The notes beneath the pieces are model-generated. The model was not told where the DNA came from and ran no database searches. It was given only the letters and a program-made list of their open reading frames with translations. A DNA stretch of 64,000 bases, taken from positions 17,828,457 through 17,892,456 of the forward strand of contig OZ316897.1 of the NCBI GenBank assembly GCA_973895155.1. The letters run 5' to 3'. The translations under genes and the position numbers were made by a program. Positions 48,701 through 62,866 of this stretch are shown here, one piece after another. This DNA is from Marsupella aquatica (Eukaryota; Plantae; Marchantiophyta). Within the stretch, counting starts at the first letter, position 1. Every line of letters starts with the position of its first letter.

Positions 48701-51700
48701 AACTTTTAAGATCCAAAACTCGGTATTCGTTCCCATGGAAGAACATGTAAGGAATGATTTTCTATGATTTAGCACTTATGAATGACTTAAGTAACAAGAA
48801 CACAAAGGTGAGCCTTTTACTATGGTTGCTCAGCAAGACATAGTTTTAAATGTTTGCTTAACATTGTAAATATAATTAATAAAATGGATGAAATTAACAA
48901 AATACAAGGAAATCTTGAGGTGTGATGAGAGAGTCTAGAAAACACCAAGGTAACTTCTCAACAACACTTAATTTGTAATGATTTAAGGTATTAGACTTGT
49001 AAGGACATTTCTGGAATGGAATACTTTACTAGGATGATTGTTAAGGTGCCGTCTACACATCTCAACCTTTCCTTCCAAGGTACTAAGTTAGGATTAACAA
49101 CCAATCACTTCAGCATCCAATCCATACTTGGAGTTACAAATCACAATCACCATCATCAACAAACTAAATCATGGAAAATTGTCACTGACATTCTTTGCAG
49201 GTCGTGCACAAGTAATGTCAAATCCAAAATTTACATGCATCAAGAACTTGAGTATGCATAGCCTTCACCATCATGGAATCTATCTCTATACATTCAAAAG
49301 ATTTTGACATGAAACTATGTTTTACTTCATTGCTCAGAATTCACAACATTTCAAATCAAGGAAGGGGGAAGAAATCCTTTGTATACATTCACTCTTGACA
49401 AAAAGCCAGAGTTCCTCTCTACAAAGTTTAAGCTTGCCATGTTGCAAAGTGCAACACAGGGCTACATAATTTCCTCACACACAAAAGTGTCACAAAGTTT
49501 GCTACATATAGGCTAGCAGGAGCTAAAGGGAAAAGAGATAATGAAAGACATGCCCTTTCATATCTTAAGGGTCATAAACTAAAGTAAAAAGTATGAAACT
49601 ATGCTACAAGAGTACTCAAGGTTCACTAGAATGCTCCTGGAATGAAAAACTAATCAAAAATGATCCTTAGTGTAAACTCGAGTGAAAGTGTATTTTGCAC
49701 TTTTGTGGCAAAACTAATAAATAGTGAATTTGTCGGAATTTTAATTTCTAACATAAAGGTCAGAATAGGGTGAAAGTTTTCTAGGTAGAAGATTTACATA
49801 CATGCTACATGCTGGCAAAATTTCAGACTTTTATGAGGTGTCTCAATGCCTCAAATAAATCGGAGATAAGTGCTGTGTGAAAAAAATTGCACAACTCCGG
49901 AAAAGTTTGTGAGTGTCGGGGGCGCGATTGCGCTTTGGCGATTTGGAGTAGAAGCGCTGTTGCGCCTTTGCGCAATTACGCTTTTGTAAAACTAAAAATT
50001 CTATAACTTCTAAACTACATGTCGGTTTTGGCCGATACTTTCAGGGATGGATCTGCTAGATAAGATCTACCTTCTGAAAAAGTATGGGACTTTTCTATCT
50101 ACTTTAACTATTTAACTAAAATTGCAGAGATCAGCTGATATTAACTATTGTCGTACGAGAACTAATCTTCTCGGAGTAGTGCTGTCTGATCTGGTTGCTG
50201 AACTCTTGTGTATGTATTCTCTTGTATAGCTTCTTGAATTACATCCATGTCTTGAGTGTGATGCCGATAGAAAGGTAAAGACTTCCGCTATCATTCAAGA
50301 TCCAGGAAAAAAAGTAGTCTCCGGTGTAGCATGACATTAGGTAAAGTGTTCAGTTGGTCGAAATTGCTACAAAAGGTAACTATACTGCACCATTGAGTTA
50401 GAAAAAGTTCAAAATTTATAAATTTCTATCATTTCTAACTAATGTACTATATTACATTCATTGTGTGTACAGTTAGTAGTAGTTACACTTTATACAAGTA
50501 TTGAACAATGTGTGCTTGTTGGTATGAGGGCCTTTGTTATTGCTTGACATGTGGATTATAATGTGTGGATGGTACCTTAATTTTATTTACTATTTCACTT
50601 GTGGTTTATTAGGACAGATCCTTGAGTACCTGATATTTGTTACCGTATAAAAGAGCCTATATTTTTGGTTTATGCCCATTATGCATAGTACACATAAGCA
50701 CCATCAGCGTGAGTAAGGGTTTATACAAATAATGATAAAATGGGCAAATGCTAAGTGAATGAAAGAAGGTATGGACCTCATAGTAACCTACCCTAAAACC
50801 TACATAAAATAAAACCCTATAAACTCTAGAATGGAGACCGGATGCAAGCCCAACCCAGTGAGTCATAACAAAGTTGCACCAAAAAAGTGCAAAAACACAA
50901 GAAGAAAGAAGAACTACTAACCCAACAATAGTATAGTGAAGTGAAGAGGATGGCAAATGTGAACTGAATGTAAGTACCCCTGGGGAATCACTTGTTGGAT
51001 TCTTAGAACCACGTGCAAACGAATGAAGGCTATTTAAAATCCTACCCAATTAATAATTATAATCACAAATTTGTAATGAAGGGGATTAATTAACTCCTTA
51101 TCTCAAATTGTTTTTATCTCTATGCAATGGTATTATCACATAGTGTATGCCACGCGTCACCAGTGGATTGGTCCATGTGTCACTTGCTTAGTGTAGGTCA
51201 TGTATTAGTAGTTTAATTTTTTACAATGGTATTAGTTGTTAAAATAGGAACTATACATATGCACTTGATCATATCTTAGTACTGCATACAAGATACTTTA
51301 TAAAGAGACAAGGAGTTTTACAATAAGTTTCCAATGTACTTATAAATGACTCAAGGGAATTTTTAATATATTGAAAATTATTTATTATGTTTTTCAAGGG
51401 TCTTTTAAATTTGCCATGTAAAAATTAATAAGGGGTATATAACATGTAAGTGTTCATAGGGGTATTTGGAGTTTTAGCCTAAGTGATTCCCAGGGGTAAG
51501 GTTAGCACACATACCCTTTTGCCCCCTACCACTCCTCCACCCCTCTTCCCTAGCGGGTACATTTGTCACCGTTGGATCATGGATTGAGGCTTTAAAGGGT
51601 TTTGTAACTAACCCTAATTGCCTTCCTAAGTGGCGGCTACACTAAATCCCATGGTGTCCACCCGCATGGAGTATAGGGTACACCTGAAACTGCCAAAAAT

Positions 51701-52439
51701 GATACATTACCTATGTATGCGCGAGCAAAGCTTGAACCTCAAACATGTGGGGAGAGAGGCAACAATTCCAACCAGTGTGCTATGAGGACTCTTTGAATAC
51801 AAAGGGACCACAACTAATCATAAAGGAGTATTAACAAAAGCCCAACCTCCATGCGGGGTGGCGTGGACCCTGTCCGCCGGTACCTTCATAGCGTCCGGGG
51901 CACCCTTACAAAGGCTATCGGCTCCCACCCGCCGATATCCCCTGCAATGTGTATTTTTCAGAGGCCAAGTGGCCACTGCCCTGTCTGCCCAGAAATTTGA
52001 ATTTTGAATTTTTGGTAGCCAGCCAATTAGAAGACTCTGTTTGTTTTTTGTTTTTTTCTCACTCATTTTGGGTCATTTTTATTGCTGTTTTTGTGGTAGA
52101 TGTAGATCTCAAGGAGAGCTTCAATCTGAGCCATAGATTGCCTCAAATGGTGAACAAATGAGATGCTTGGGAGGTTTGATCAGAGGGGTGTGGTGAGGCG
52201 CTGGTTTGCAAACATGCCACTCACATTTCTGGAATGACTGGAGTAGTCATTATTTCCCAAAATTATCAACTAACCCGATGCCCTTGCATTGCACACAGAT
52301 GTCAAGCTGGGATGTCAAGGCTAGATGAGAAAACAATATCAATGAGAGGAAATATGTTGAGGGGAAGAACAGATGTCAAGGTGAGAAAAGATGTCACAGT
52401 GAGAAATTAATTATGTCAATGAGAGAAGACATAGTGGCG

Positions 52440-53360
52440 GACCTTGCCACCTAGCGCCCTCACCACGTGCCTCACCAATCCTAGCATCCATGCCTAAGTG
52501 CCCGGGGTGCCCAAACGCCTCCACGGAACTCCTTGAGCAAGCAACTCAATGCCCTTTGCACCACTCGCGACAACCCCCCATACAAGCCGCAGTTGCCCTC
52601 TATCTCGACCGCCGCTCAACAGTCCTCATTGTCTGCACAAGCAATCAAGTCCTTTAATAAGTAACCCAACAGAATCTAGATCCATGCAAGTCTAGCATCC
52701 TAACTCAAACTCAACAAACAAAGGTAAGTAGGTCAGCAATAGGTCCTCCCATTGCCATAAGCCGAAACCAAAGTCAACCCCCATTGTTCATCCAGAACAA
52801 CCCCTCTACGGATGCAGCTCGGGTTCCCCCTTGTACCTATCCATCACCAACTGATCGCCCTGACCCCAGGAGATGCTCATGCCCAAATAGCGTAGCTTGT
52901 CTTAAAGCTTGTCCCAACATGCTGAGACCATAATGGCCCCAACTCTAGCAACCAACTCCCAATTCTCACCCCACTGATGACCTAGGGGCCAAGTGCCCTT
53001 GGAACTCAACCTCCATGTCTACTTGGCCTTTCCTCCCCAAAGCAAGCTCCCTTGGGAGACTAAATGCGGCTTGGTTGCTATTTCGGCAGGATTTGGCAAG
53101 CGGACGAGATTGCCCCCGCAAACCCCAAGAACCCATGGCATCCCTAGACTCATCTGAACTCAAGAGAATGTAGTCCTCCATGAGAGCTTTCTAACCCTTC
53201 GGTTGGGAAGTTATTGCCGTTTTTGTTTGGCATTTTCCCCTAGTGTTGCAATTGCTGTGGCTCACAATTTTGGGTCACCCTTAGCCCCCAGGTTGACAAC
53301 ACTTCCCTCATATATGCTTCTGGAGACTTGCCACCCCCAAATTTAATTTGGTCCCCCCAC
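52440..53360 (-). mobile_element. Highly decayed non-LTR retrotransposon (LINE) RT fragment
   Basis: GLRGQSRPLA (resembles GxRQGCPL) near 53100 and KLRYLG near 52890 on the minus strand; many stops. Confidence 0.45.
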
Positions 53361-54499
53361 CTAGACCCAACCCGCATGTCTGGGCGCGTCACCAACTAGC
53401 TATGCCCATCATTTTCTAGTTAGGCGTCCCTAAGCGAAGTGCCTTAATTAGCCCGTTGTGATTGGGCCAACCCAATGCTCATGCGTAGGCCCTCAAAACC
53501 TGTCGTTGCTCTGAGCCCCTGAGAGGTGTCATGGGAATAGTAAGCTATCAAAAACACGCGTGGGTGTCTGACTGCATGTGCTAATTACCTTATTCACCAC
53601 TTTGTAAGGGATCTCATGCTTAGAACTAATTCCCTTGAGAGTCTTGTCTTCTCCCAACCATTTCTCAAGTTTCTTGGGTTTTCCTGTGCCTCTTGCAATT
53701 TTCTCCAGATAAATTGGGTGGGAAGGGCGTACTCATTTCCGCCTTATAAGAACATTAAGGTATTTTTAATCAAAATTTGGGAATATTCCAAAATATTCCA
53801 ACTTTATAGGGGTTACAAATTTTTCTTCTTCTTATATTTTAGGGGGTCCAAGGCATAAAATTGTTGTACGTGATGGGGAGGTCCCTTGGCCCTCACTTTG
53901 AGTAAAAGAAGTGAACTCCCTACGATAAGGACCCCTTCCTTCTCACTCCTTGTTGTTTCCATTTTTCTATAAAAATTCCCTTGTTATTGGTAATAATTAT
54001 AATTATTAGTTTTAAATGAACTAAATTCACCCTTTGAGCGTTCACACATCCTTCCATATTAGTTAATATTGAGGGCCCATGGGGGAGGTCTCCATATAGT
54101 GAGACCCCTGGGTTCGAACTCTTGACTATGATCTATGATCTATTATACTAATATGAAAATGCTCACATCTTCATTTGTGCATCTATATAGTATTAATGGA
54201 TTTGACTATGGATTGTAATAATTGCAATGTATCCTTCTTCCCAAAACTTTTGTGTAAGAATCTGTCTAGGATCTATCTTTTTCTTTACTATCAACTTAAT
54301 GTTCACCGTAGAACGCAAAATAATTCAGAAATAAGAGACTCTCATTCAAATCAATATTGATATTCATACTTACTATATGCTTTCTAACTAAGAGAGGTTC
54401 AGTAGCAGAGCCGTCCCTACAACATCAGCCCCGACCCTCATAGAAATTCTACAAGACCCTGGCTGCAAGTGTTTGCTCACAGTTTGTTTTGCCTTACTT

Positions 54500-57288
54500 C
54501 AATTTGTGTTTGTTCTTGTAATCTTTGTCTACTGCCTTGTCAAGCTTTGCTTTATTTCATTACCATCACTTTGTAGAGTTTAGGGAAGCATGCCTCCGAA
54601 GGAGATCGAGTGCGAGAGGATCTTCCGTGTGTGGCCTTGCTAATGATGTTGCTCCCAATCATTCAAATGGTTCACTTCCTGTATTGAAACCTTGTGAGAG
54701 AGTGCGTAATGGAGTTGGTCCAACAGGACCTAATCATGCGCCAGCAATTGCAGTTCCACAGCCCTCATCAACAAGTCATGAGGAAGACGTCATGAAGTAG
54801 TGGAGGGCTTCAATTTCCAAGAAACTCATGACTGAGGAGGATGCCAGACTTGAACGTGCAGAGCGAAGATACAAGCGATGGGAAGCAAAGGTTGAGACGA
54901 AGCAACGACAGAGAGAAAATTAATGGCTCAAGAGGAACAGAATGAAGATGAAGGGGGCGACGTACGGTATGGTGGATATGTCTAGAAGTAGCCAAAGGAT
55001 TGAGTAATCCATAATGTAGATTGTGTATTTACACTTGTGGGCAGTGAGCAGAGATTTTTGCAAAGTTGTGTGTAGTGCACTCTACAATAGTCTGCGATAG
55101 TTTTAGCCAGGTGAAATTGCCAATTTTACAGCTTGGCTTTGCCCTCTAGCACTGACTTTGTTCAGCATTGTGTAAGTTAGAATGCAGGAATTTAATTTAA
55201 TTTAGAGAGGTAGTGCAAATCCAATTCTGTAGCAAACAATCGGGCACAACAATTTTGTTGTACACAATGCCACTTCTTTAGGCAGTCAATTTGAAGGAGC
55301 ACGAATGGTGCAAGTTTTAATTGAAGCTTTAAGTTTTAACACATTCGTACATGCAGGTCTTGGCCTACTTTCTAAACTTGACTAACATAATCAAATCTAT
55401 GACCTCCGCCTTTCAGATTCCACAACGTAAAATCAAGTTCTTGTAAATGAGCAAAACCTGGTGCTCTTATTTCACAACAATAAGGACGATTGGTTCTTCC
55501 ATCCCACCGACTAGCAACACACCAGAATAATCTACTTTAGGCACTTCTACTTCTGTATAGGTAGAAGAAGCTGGTACGGCCTTCTGTCTCAAGTTTAGAA
55601 CGTCAAATTAAAGATTCCATGGATTGTTTTATTTCATATCCCGTTGGGATGTAGTTTACGATCATTTGATTGAGACATTGCGTGTGCTCCACTAAATCAT
55701 TTTGTAGCATGTAATATGTCTCTGAATCATGGATTGTTCGGGTGGCTGCCATACATATTGTTTCCAGTCAGAAGTCGGAGGTAGGCTTCCATGGCTCCCT
55801 GCCCCTGGCCTTTGGTCCCAATCTTGAGGTAGCTTTTCATCTCCTTCGTCCTCAACAATCATGTTGTGTAAAATAACACATCATGCTATGCATGTCTTTG
55901 ATCACAGCACTTTGATCACAGCACTGCAATGAATTTGTGCAAGATTCCGAATAATTGCAAATTATGCTTGAAGAACTCCAGATGCTCTCTCAACATCCTT
56001 CCTTGCTCCTTCTTGACATTTTGCAAACCACTTCCTGGCCTCTCCTTGTGGCAATGCAATAGTTTTAACAAAAATTGACCATTTTGGATAGATCCCGTCT
56101 GTGGAGGTAGTATTTATTATACTCTACTCCATTCACTTTGAATTTGCAGTCATTTGCTTCACTTCTGAGCATATTGTTCACCAAGGGTGATCTGTCCTGC
56201 CAGTACATTGAGGTCATTGTTGCATCCAGAAAGTCCAAAATATGCATGCCAGAATCACAATGACTGATCTGCTACTGCTTCTAGGACAATTGATTTCTCC
56301 TTGTCTTTGTTTGTGAAAAGCCTTGCCGGGCAACAGGGCAATTTCCATATGTGGTGCATACAATCTAAAGAGCCAAACATTCCAGGGAATCCTCTGGCCT
56401 CATTGATAAAAAATGTCTCTCCAAGTCAGAATTGGAAATAATGTGCCTCAAACACCTCACGTATGGCCCTACAAAATTTCTTCAGAGAGCCCAATGCAGT
56501 AGTTTATGCAATTCAACAATACTCGTCCATGGCATCAGCAGAAACTCCGAGTGAAATCTGGCAAAGAGTAGCAGTAATCTTCTAAATTCAAGAAAGACCC
56601 AATTTTCCAGCAGCATCTCGCTTCTGGATGAAATATTCATCATGTTCACAGACAGCATTATGAATCTTCCAAAACAGGTGCCTTCTCATTCTAAATCGAT
56701 GCCTAAAGTGAGCATCTGTGTAAACAGGATTGACTCAAACATAGTCATCCCACATACGTTTGTGCCCTACCTTCCAGTCGCGATCAATGTTTGGTGATTT
56801 CCCTGGCCTTGATCCACCACGCACGGACACCAATTGTACCAATCCATCAGATTCCGTGGTTCATTGATTGTCGTCTCTTCCCAGAATTTTTGCTCTACTT
56901 CAAGCTCTGCCAATTTGTCTTGTATCTGCTTCTGAAATTTTACACGCCAATGTTGGTGCGAGGCCATGGTATTGATTGGCCTGGGCTCTACACTCTTCAC
57001 AGGATTGGTGATGACAAGCAAAAGAATCGAGCCTGCACAAACTATGACATTTGATGCTCGTCCAGTTTTGTATCGACACTGTGACCGAGTTTTGAATCAT
57101 TTCTCAATGTGCCTCTGGTTTGTACTCAAGCTCCCCCAGTTTGAACTACGTTAGTGTTTGGTGTGAGAATTTTGGTGTACCGGTGGGGTATGTGACCGGG
57201 CAGGTCTTAAGCCGGAACGCCGAGTCTCATTTGGCTGGCTACTTTTGATGATGTCACGTCAGTTTAGCAGGGTCCAATGGGAGTGCTC
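54500..57288 (-). mobile_element. Degenerate PIF/Harbinger DNA transposon (left end not defined)
   Basis: Right TIR CCAATGGGAGTGCTC followed by TTA (57289-57291); nuclease remnants on the minus strand. Confidence 0.75.
55800..56800 (-). pseudogene. Harbinger/HARBI1-like DDE nuclease pseudogene
   Basis: RFRMRRHLF, GFPGMFGSLDCMH, KEKSIVLEAVAD, RKDVERASGVLQ and CVILHNMIVEDE readable across stops and frameshifts. Confidence 0.85.
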
Positions 57289-58149
57289 TTAGAGCTTGGA
57301 CATATCATCGAGGACAATCACAACAACCAAGAACAATAAGTATTCATACTGAGGGATCCAGAGAAGTCAATGAACCAGATCCATAATTAAATACACTGCT
57401 TGCTATGCACTGCAATATTGTGCCGCATGATCCCGCACAGGATGACTGTGTCGATCATTCCTGATCACTCTCTCTATATATCATAACCCCAAAGATAATT
57501 AATATCTTCGAATCCATCCATGGCATATGCTTTTGGCTCACTCTTTCAAAAAAGTTGATGTTTCAGACGAACTGCCACCATCCTAGTGCATGGCTCATGA
57601 TGTAGAAGACTAGGGTTTCATAAAGTGCCGGTAACTTCGTTCATAGGCCGACGTTGCTCGTTTTCTGATACGTACCATCTTGATACCATCTGGTACCATC
57701 TGCACAAAAGAGTACCACTAGCTATATTAGCTTACATTCCCGGCCTTAATTTCTTCTTCGAACTAAGTATCATAACAAAACATCTAGCTAGATATTGATA
57801 TATGCTGAAAGCAAGGAACCTGCAGATGTCTAGGTCATGAAAGCAGTTTCTATGCTATTTGTTTGCACAAAATTTGAATTTAAATCACACTAACGGAGAT
57901 TTCTATGGAACTGAAGGAAACCTTGTTGCATCTCCAAGATTGTCAAACCTCCCCAAGAATTTCCATCTGAGAATGGAAATTCAAAATGGATTCAAGTCAA
58001 TTAACTAAAATTGCAGTACAAGATAACAAAAAATAGGATTCCAGATGTTTTCTTCGGATATCGATTTACTATTCTGGCCACCCGTCTTGAACTACGTGGC
58101 ACAGAAGATCTTCAAGAATATGAATAGATAATGATTTTTAATGTCTCAC

Positions 58150-60682
58150 TTTTTATCAGCTTGTAGCTTGAGTTTTACTTCAAACCTGCCTTCAGGGCAT
58201 CTGGTCACCCCTTCGTCTACATGAACATGCTTGGAAAGCCTGGCACGTTTATTCAGAAGTTCTCTGAACTGTTTATTGGTCAGTTTAGCCATCTGCAATA
58301 GATTTAAACAGTGTCAATAAATATTATTGCCATTATTTCTTAATTGACTAAAAAGATTCTTCTCAGAAGATCATTAAAATTAAACGAGTATTGAGACTAC
58401 CTCCTCAACATCTACGCTATAATCACAAATGCCTTTGTAGTTCGGCTGGGCAGCTGTAGCATCCAAATGCTTGAGACTTGCTTTATCATAGGCTCTGCAC
58501 ACCAGTTATCCAAATAAAGAACTGGAGATTAGCGGGGATTAGCCATGACGGATGCGATTAATTGTGCATGTAAACTCTGAATTACTTAATAAAACATATT
58601 TTGACGACTCACTGCACCGTGAAATTCTATTGTCTCAACACAACAAAATTCAAAAAAGAAAACGTACAGCTAAGTAAGAAAACATTTCAATGTACTACAA
58701 CAAACTTTGAACCTTACCTGGCTGCCTCCGTAGCTGATCCATATGAACCTGGAATACATATAACAAGGAAGCTTTTAGAATTGTCCTCAAGACACGCAAA
58801 ATAGTCTTAAACTTATTCGTGTTGGAAATGAAATGCCTCTTAAGAAATTCTACTAACAGTAAATGAATTACCGAGGAAATTAAGAATCGCATGATGCGTG
58901 TAGAAACATGCTGGGCTCTTAAGGTAAATACTCGCCTACATAAAATTGCTTTCCGTCCCTGCAGAATGAGTAGCATTACAGTGATTTAGTATTACGTTTG
59001 AGTACTTCTGATTTGACCTTGATGGACCTTAATTACTAGCTGCATGATCGACTTCAACAAAGTACATGATTCTTTCCTCTATTAATTCAAGAGTGTATAA
59101 AACTTGGATATATTTTGTAGGTCATCCTTCGAAAAGTATAGGCCTGAACAACGCACTAGGGCGGTAGCCGGGGAAGAAACATTGGAGTAGCTGATCAGAG
59201 TACGTACGTATATGAGTGAGAACTAGTCATTAAGCCATATTAACCACACCGAGAAACTCCTGGAAATGCTGCGTAATATCCCAGTCACGAGCCCCTTATG
59301 ATGCATGCATGGACAACAGATAAGATTCAAGTACAAATCTACTGCTAATTGACTGGCAGTTTCGTACCATATGTGGGCCGTCCAACGACCGATGCGTTTG
59401 TAGAAGTTGATACCTAGAAGTCCAAGCTTCGTCGGATCAGGAAGACAGACACCGTTCCGTATCTCCAATAAATCAGCTTCAGACTTATTACGTGTCTTCA
59501 CAGAATCAGCTCCAGTGTTTTGGGGTATCTTCACGGAATCATCTGTGATATATACATCACAAACAAGCACTTCTAAGCTAGTGTCTTTGATCAGGACATG
59601 CCAAACAGTCTGACCTAAATCTCAAAATTCTTCATATTGGAAAACACGTCTCTTATTCAATATCACAGGAAAAGAAGTGCGCAAAGAAAGAATTGCATGA
59701 AGCCTGTAAGTAGAACATGCTGAGTGGACTGTTAATTAAGGTAAGTACTCGCCTATGTAAAATTTCTTTCCATCCCTGCAGAATCAGTAACATTACAATG
59801 AATTAGTATTACGTACGTTTGAGTCGCGGGGAGTTTGAGTAAATGATTATTCAACTTATTTTACCAATCAACTTCGATCATGGACTCAACAACATATATA
59901 TATTAACCACATCGAAAAACTCTTGAGCCCGCTTGAATGCATGGACAATAGATAAGACTCAGAACTCAGAAGGATATATGTGAAACAGCACTACGTTTCA
60001 ATTGTTCAGGTTCAAGTAAAATCCACTGGTAATTGATTGGCATTTCATACCATATGTAGGCAGTCCACCCACAGGTGCTTTTGTTGTAGACAGCGATACC
60101 ATTAAGGCCAAGCCTTGTTGGGGCTGCAGGAGCACGAACACCCTTGCTTCTCTCCAATAAATTGGCTCCAGTGTTTTCGGATGTCCTTACAGAATCAGCT
60201 GGAACTCTCACATATGGTACCATCGAGTTTGTTCCACTATTCTGAACCGTCAATTGTTTTTGGGGACGCTGGTGCAGTTGCACTGCTCCATTAGTGGTCC
60301 CGGTAGTCTTCCCTTTCAATGTTTGTCGGGAACTCTCCTGAGGTTCTACTGCTCCAGCAGTCTTAACCTTCCGTGTTTTTGGGGGACTCTCCTGAGGTTG
60401 CACAGCTCCAGCAGTCTTAACCTTCAATTTTTTCGGGGGACTCTCTTGTAGTTGCACTCGCCTTTCACGGGACTTCTCATCATATAAGATGGCCTCTTCC
60501 CCTTGAGCCATTCCTATGTAGTGCTGTCCTGACCGAGTTGTATATGCTCGAAAATCGCCGCAGGCCTCATTCGCCACAAAGTTCTGAGACTGAGGATGAG
60601 GAGTACTTCCCCACTCTGCAGCAAGGCGAGTGGCGGCCTCTACCAATATGTACAAATTGGTAAAGTCAGCATCACCCATCAT
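58150..60682 (-). CDS. Divergent euAP2-like AP2-domain transcription factor gene (3' end uncertain)
   Basis: Exons 60682-60051, 59775-59753, 59542-59368, 58958-58936, 58748-58718, 58494-58401, 58292-58150. They give ..WTAHIW|DGKQFYV|GSYGSATEAAR|AYDKASLK..DYSVDVEE|MAKLTNKQFRELL..GVT....GRFEVKL....KK, matching the euAP2 exon pattern. Confidence 0.75.
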
Positions 60683-62866
60683 GGTATTCTCTTCAGTCTT
60701 CCAAGGTCGTTTTGCATTTGTCTGCGGCTTCTGGGACTTTCAAGTTGTCCCCGGATTTCTACCCTGCTTGGACATAAACCTTGTACTGCGGCCTCGGGCG
60801 TTCCTCTTAGATAATGACGATAGAATCAAACCTTTCCTTATAGAAACCATGTTGGCTCTGTACGTTATAAGCTTGGCGCACCTATAAAGAACACCAGCAG
60901 GACAAGTCAGCTAGATAGGTTGTGAAGGCCGTCACTTCTAGTTTTCTCAATATGTAGATAATCAAATTAGTCCATCTTAATTCTAAAACCTTCAGTCCTG
61001 TATATCATCCATAGTAATTCCAGTTCTAGCTTTGAAAATGTATAATCATCTCAGTACGTAGAATAAGCTTCTTAAAGTACAAGCGGGAGACCCCGATATC
61101 GCTCACTTGGAAAAGAGTTTTCACTAATAACATCCCACAGACAAAACAACAGTGACCTACTGTCTGTACCACAGGGAAAAACTGTCGTCTACCCATGAAG
61201 GAGATCAGATATCCCCCCAGTTAAACAGGACATTCAACTCCATGCATGTGGGGGAGGGTTCGAACCTACTTTGAAATGGGGAAATGTGTATTGCACCTGG
61301 GTAGGGTCGCATGGGACTTACTGTTTCTCCCATGTGTGAATGAGACATGGCGGGCCTTTGATGAAGTCCTTCCGGGTGTACTGTCACATGTAGGGATTTG
61401 CAAGATCTCCATGGTGGAAACTGATACCAATCACTTGTCTTCTTGAAATGAAATGATCTTCGGAACTTTTTGGGTAAATGTCCCATGAGAGGGAGGGACC
61501 CGTTGTGAAAAACCCAGTATGGTGTGTCAAAACACACAACTTGGGCAAGAACAAAGTAAGGATATCGGATATGCATGCATGTATAGCTTAGAATCCTGCC
61601 CCAGAGTCAGAGTACACGACAAACTAGGGAAATGTCAAAAATGAACTACAAGATCGAACACAAAAAACAAATATCTACTCTAGCCAGACAGCAGTTTCCA
61701 GTAAAATTAGGAAAGGAGAAACACTATGATGATTTATACCTTACTAACTTGCCAAACGAGAACGGACATTCAATCATTAGATACATTCTAACAAGGCAAG
61801 CTCCTAAATGTAATGCCGCAGCAGATCGAAAGATATATCTTTAATTTCTATCTCACGATGCAATGAACACATACCTAGCAGTCTGCGGTGTCCTTCCGAT
61901 TGCAGAATTCCTTAAAAAGCTCAATCATTAGAGTACTCAAATGCTTTACTTTTTTGATCGGTCTTGCTGCTTCATCCAAGAGACCTGCTACAATGTCGAG
62001 GCCCTGACGACTGCTTCGCAGACTTTCATTTAATGTGATGCCAGATATGGGAGGCTATGCCTGGGATGCACAATGAAGACCGGGTCACATCCAATTATAT
62101 GGTGGACAGTAAGTAACCCCACAGGCAGAGCTCAAATGTAATTTCAATCATCATACACTGCTAAATTAAAATTCATGATCGTGAGAGTCAGCATTTATTT
62201 ATAAAGATAGATATGTGCTAGTTAGCTACTGCAAGCTAGTGCTGAAGTCCATCACTATATATACAGAATACAGAACAAAAAAACATCCTATATTTAATTT
62301 GAGACTAACCATGGACTCCAGGAGGTTGAAATCATATATTCTACATTTGCCATCAAAGAGAAGCTAGTCAAGGTTGAAATGATCAATATAAGTTTTTTGG
62401 AAGTCGATACAATGACCAAACTCTCAAACTTGGCACATATATGGGTTGCTAGTGGGCACTTGCTGGACAAGCTATCTATAAAGCTAGCATGGACACTCGA
62501 GGTACGTATACTTTGCCCATGCTAGCTACAATTGAAGCCCTGCAGGTGCCCTCCATGTACAACCCTCAATGTACTTTTGCCAAGCAGGGCAGTGACTGTT
62601 GATACCATACATAAATAGTTCCTGTCAAACACACACATGTAGTTCATGTCAGGAATACTTACTAGACATTCTCATTTCCTGCCGGATAATTATGCAGATC
62701 GATGGCATATTGGATACTATACAGATTCTATTCTTGCAATATACTTAAATTGATAAAAACAAAGCACAAAGGCCTAAAGAGACAAAATTAATTCACTTAA
62801 AAATAGCCACGGTGAGAAGATAGGTCCGTGCTAGCTAAGGTAAGTACTCACAGGAAAGATCAATTA

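Noticed and set aside
47204-52400. Possible genes or defined elements in the AT-rich interval
   Set aside because: Only short ORFs and repeat-like debris; I could not establish termini or TSDs.
54404-54420. CAGAGCCGTCCC as the left TIR of the Harbinger element
   Set aside because: It does not match the right TIR (GAGCACTCCCATTGG), so the left end is left undefined.
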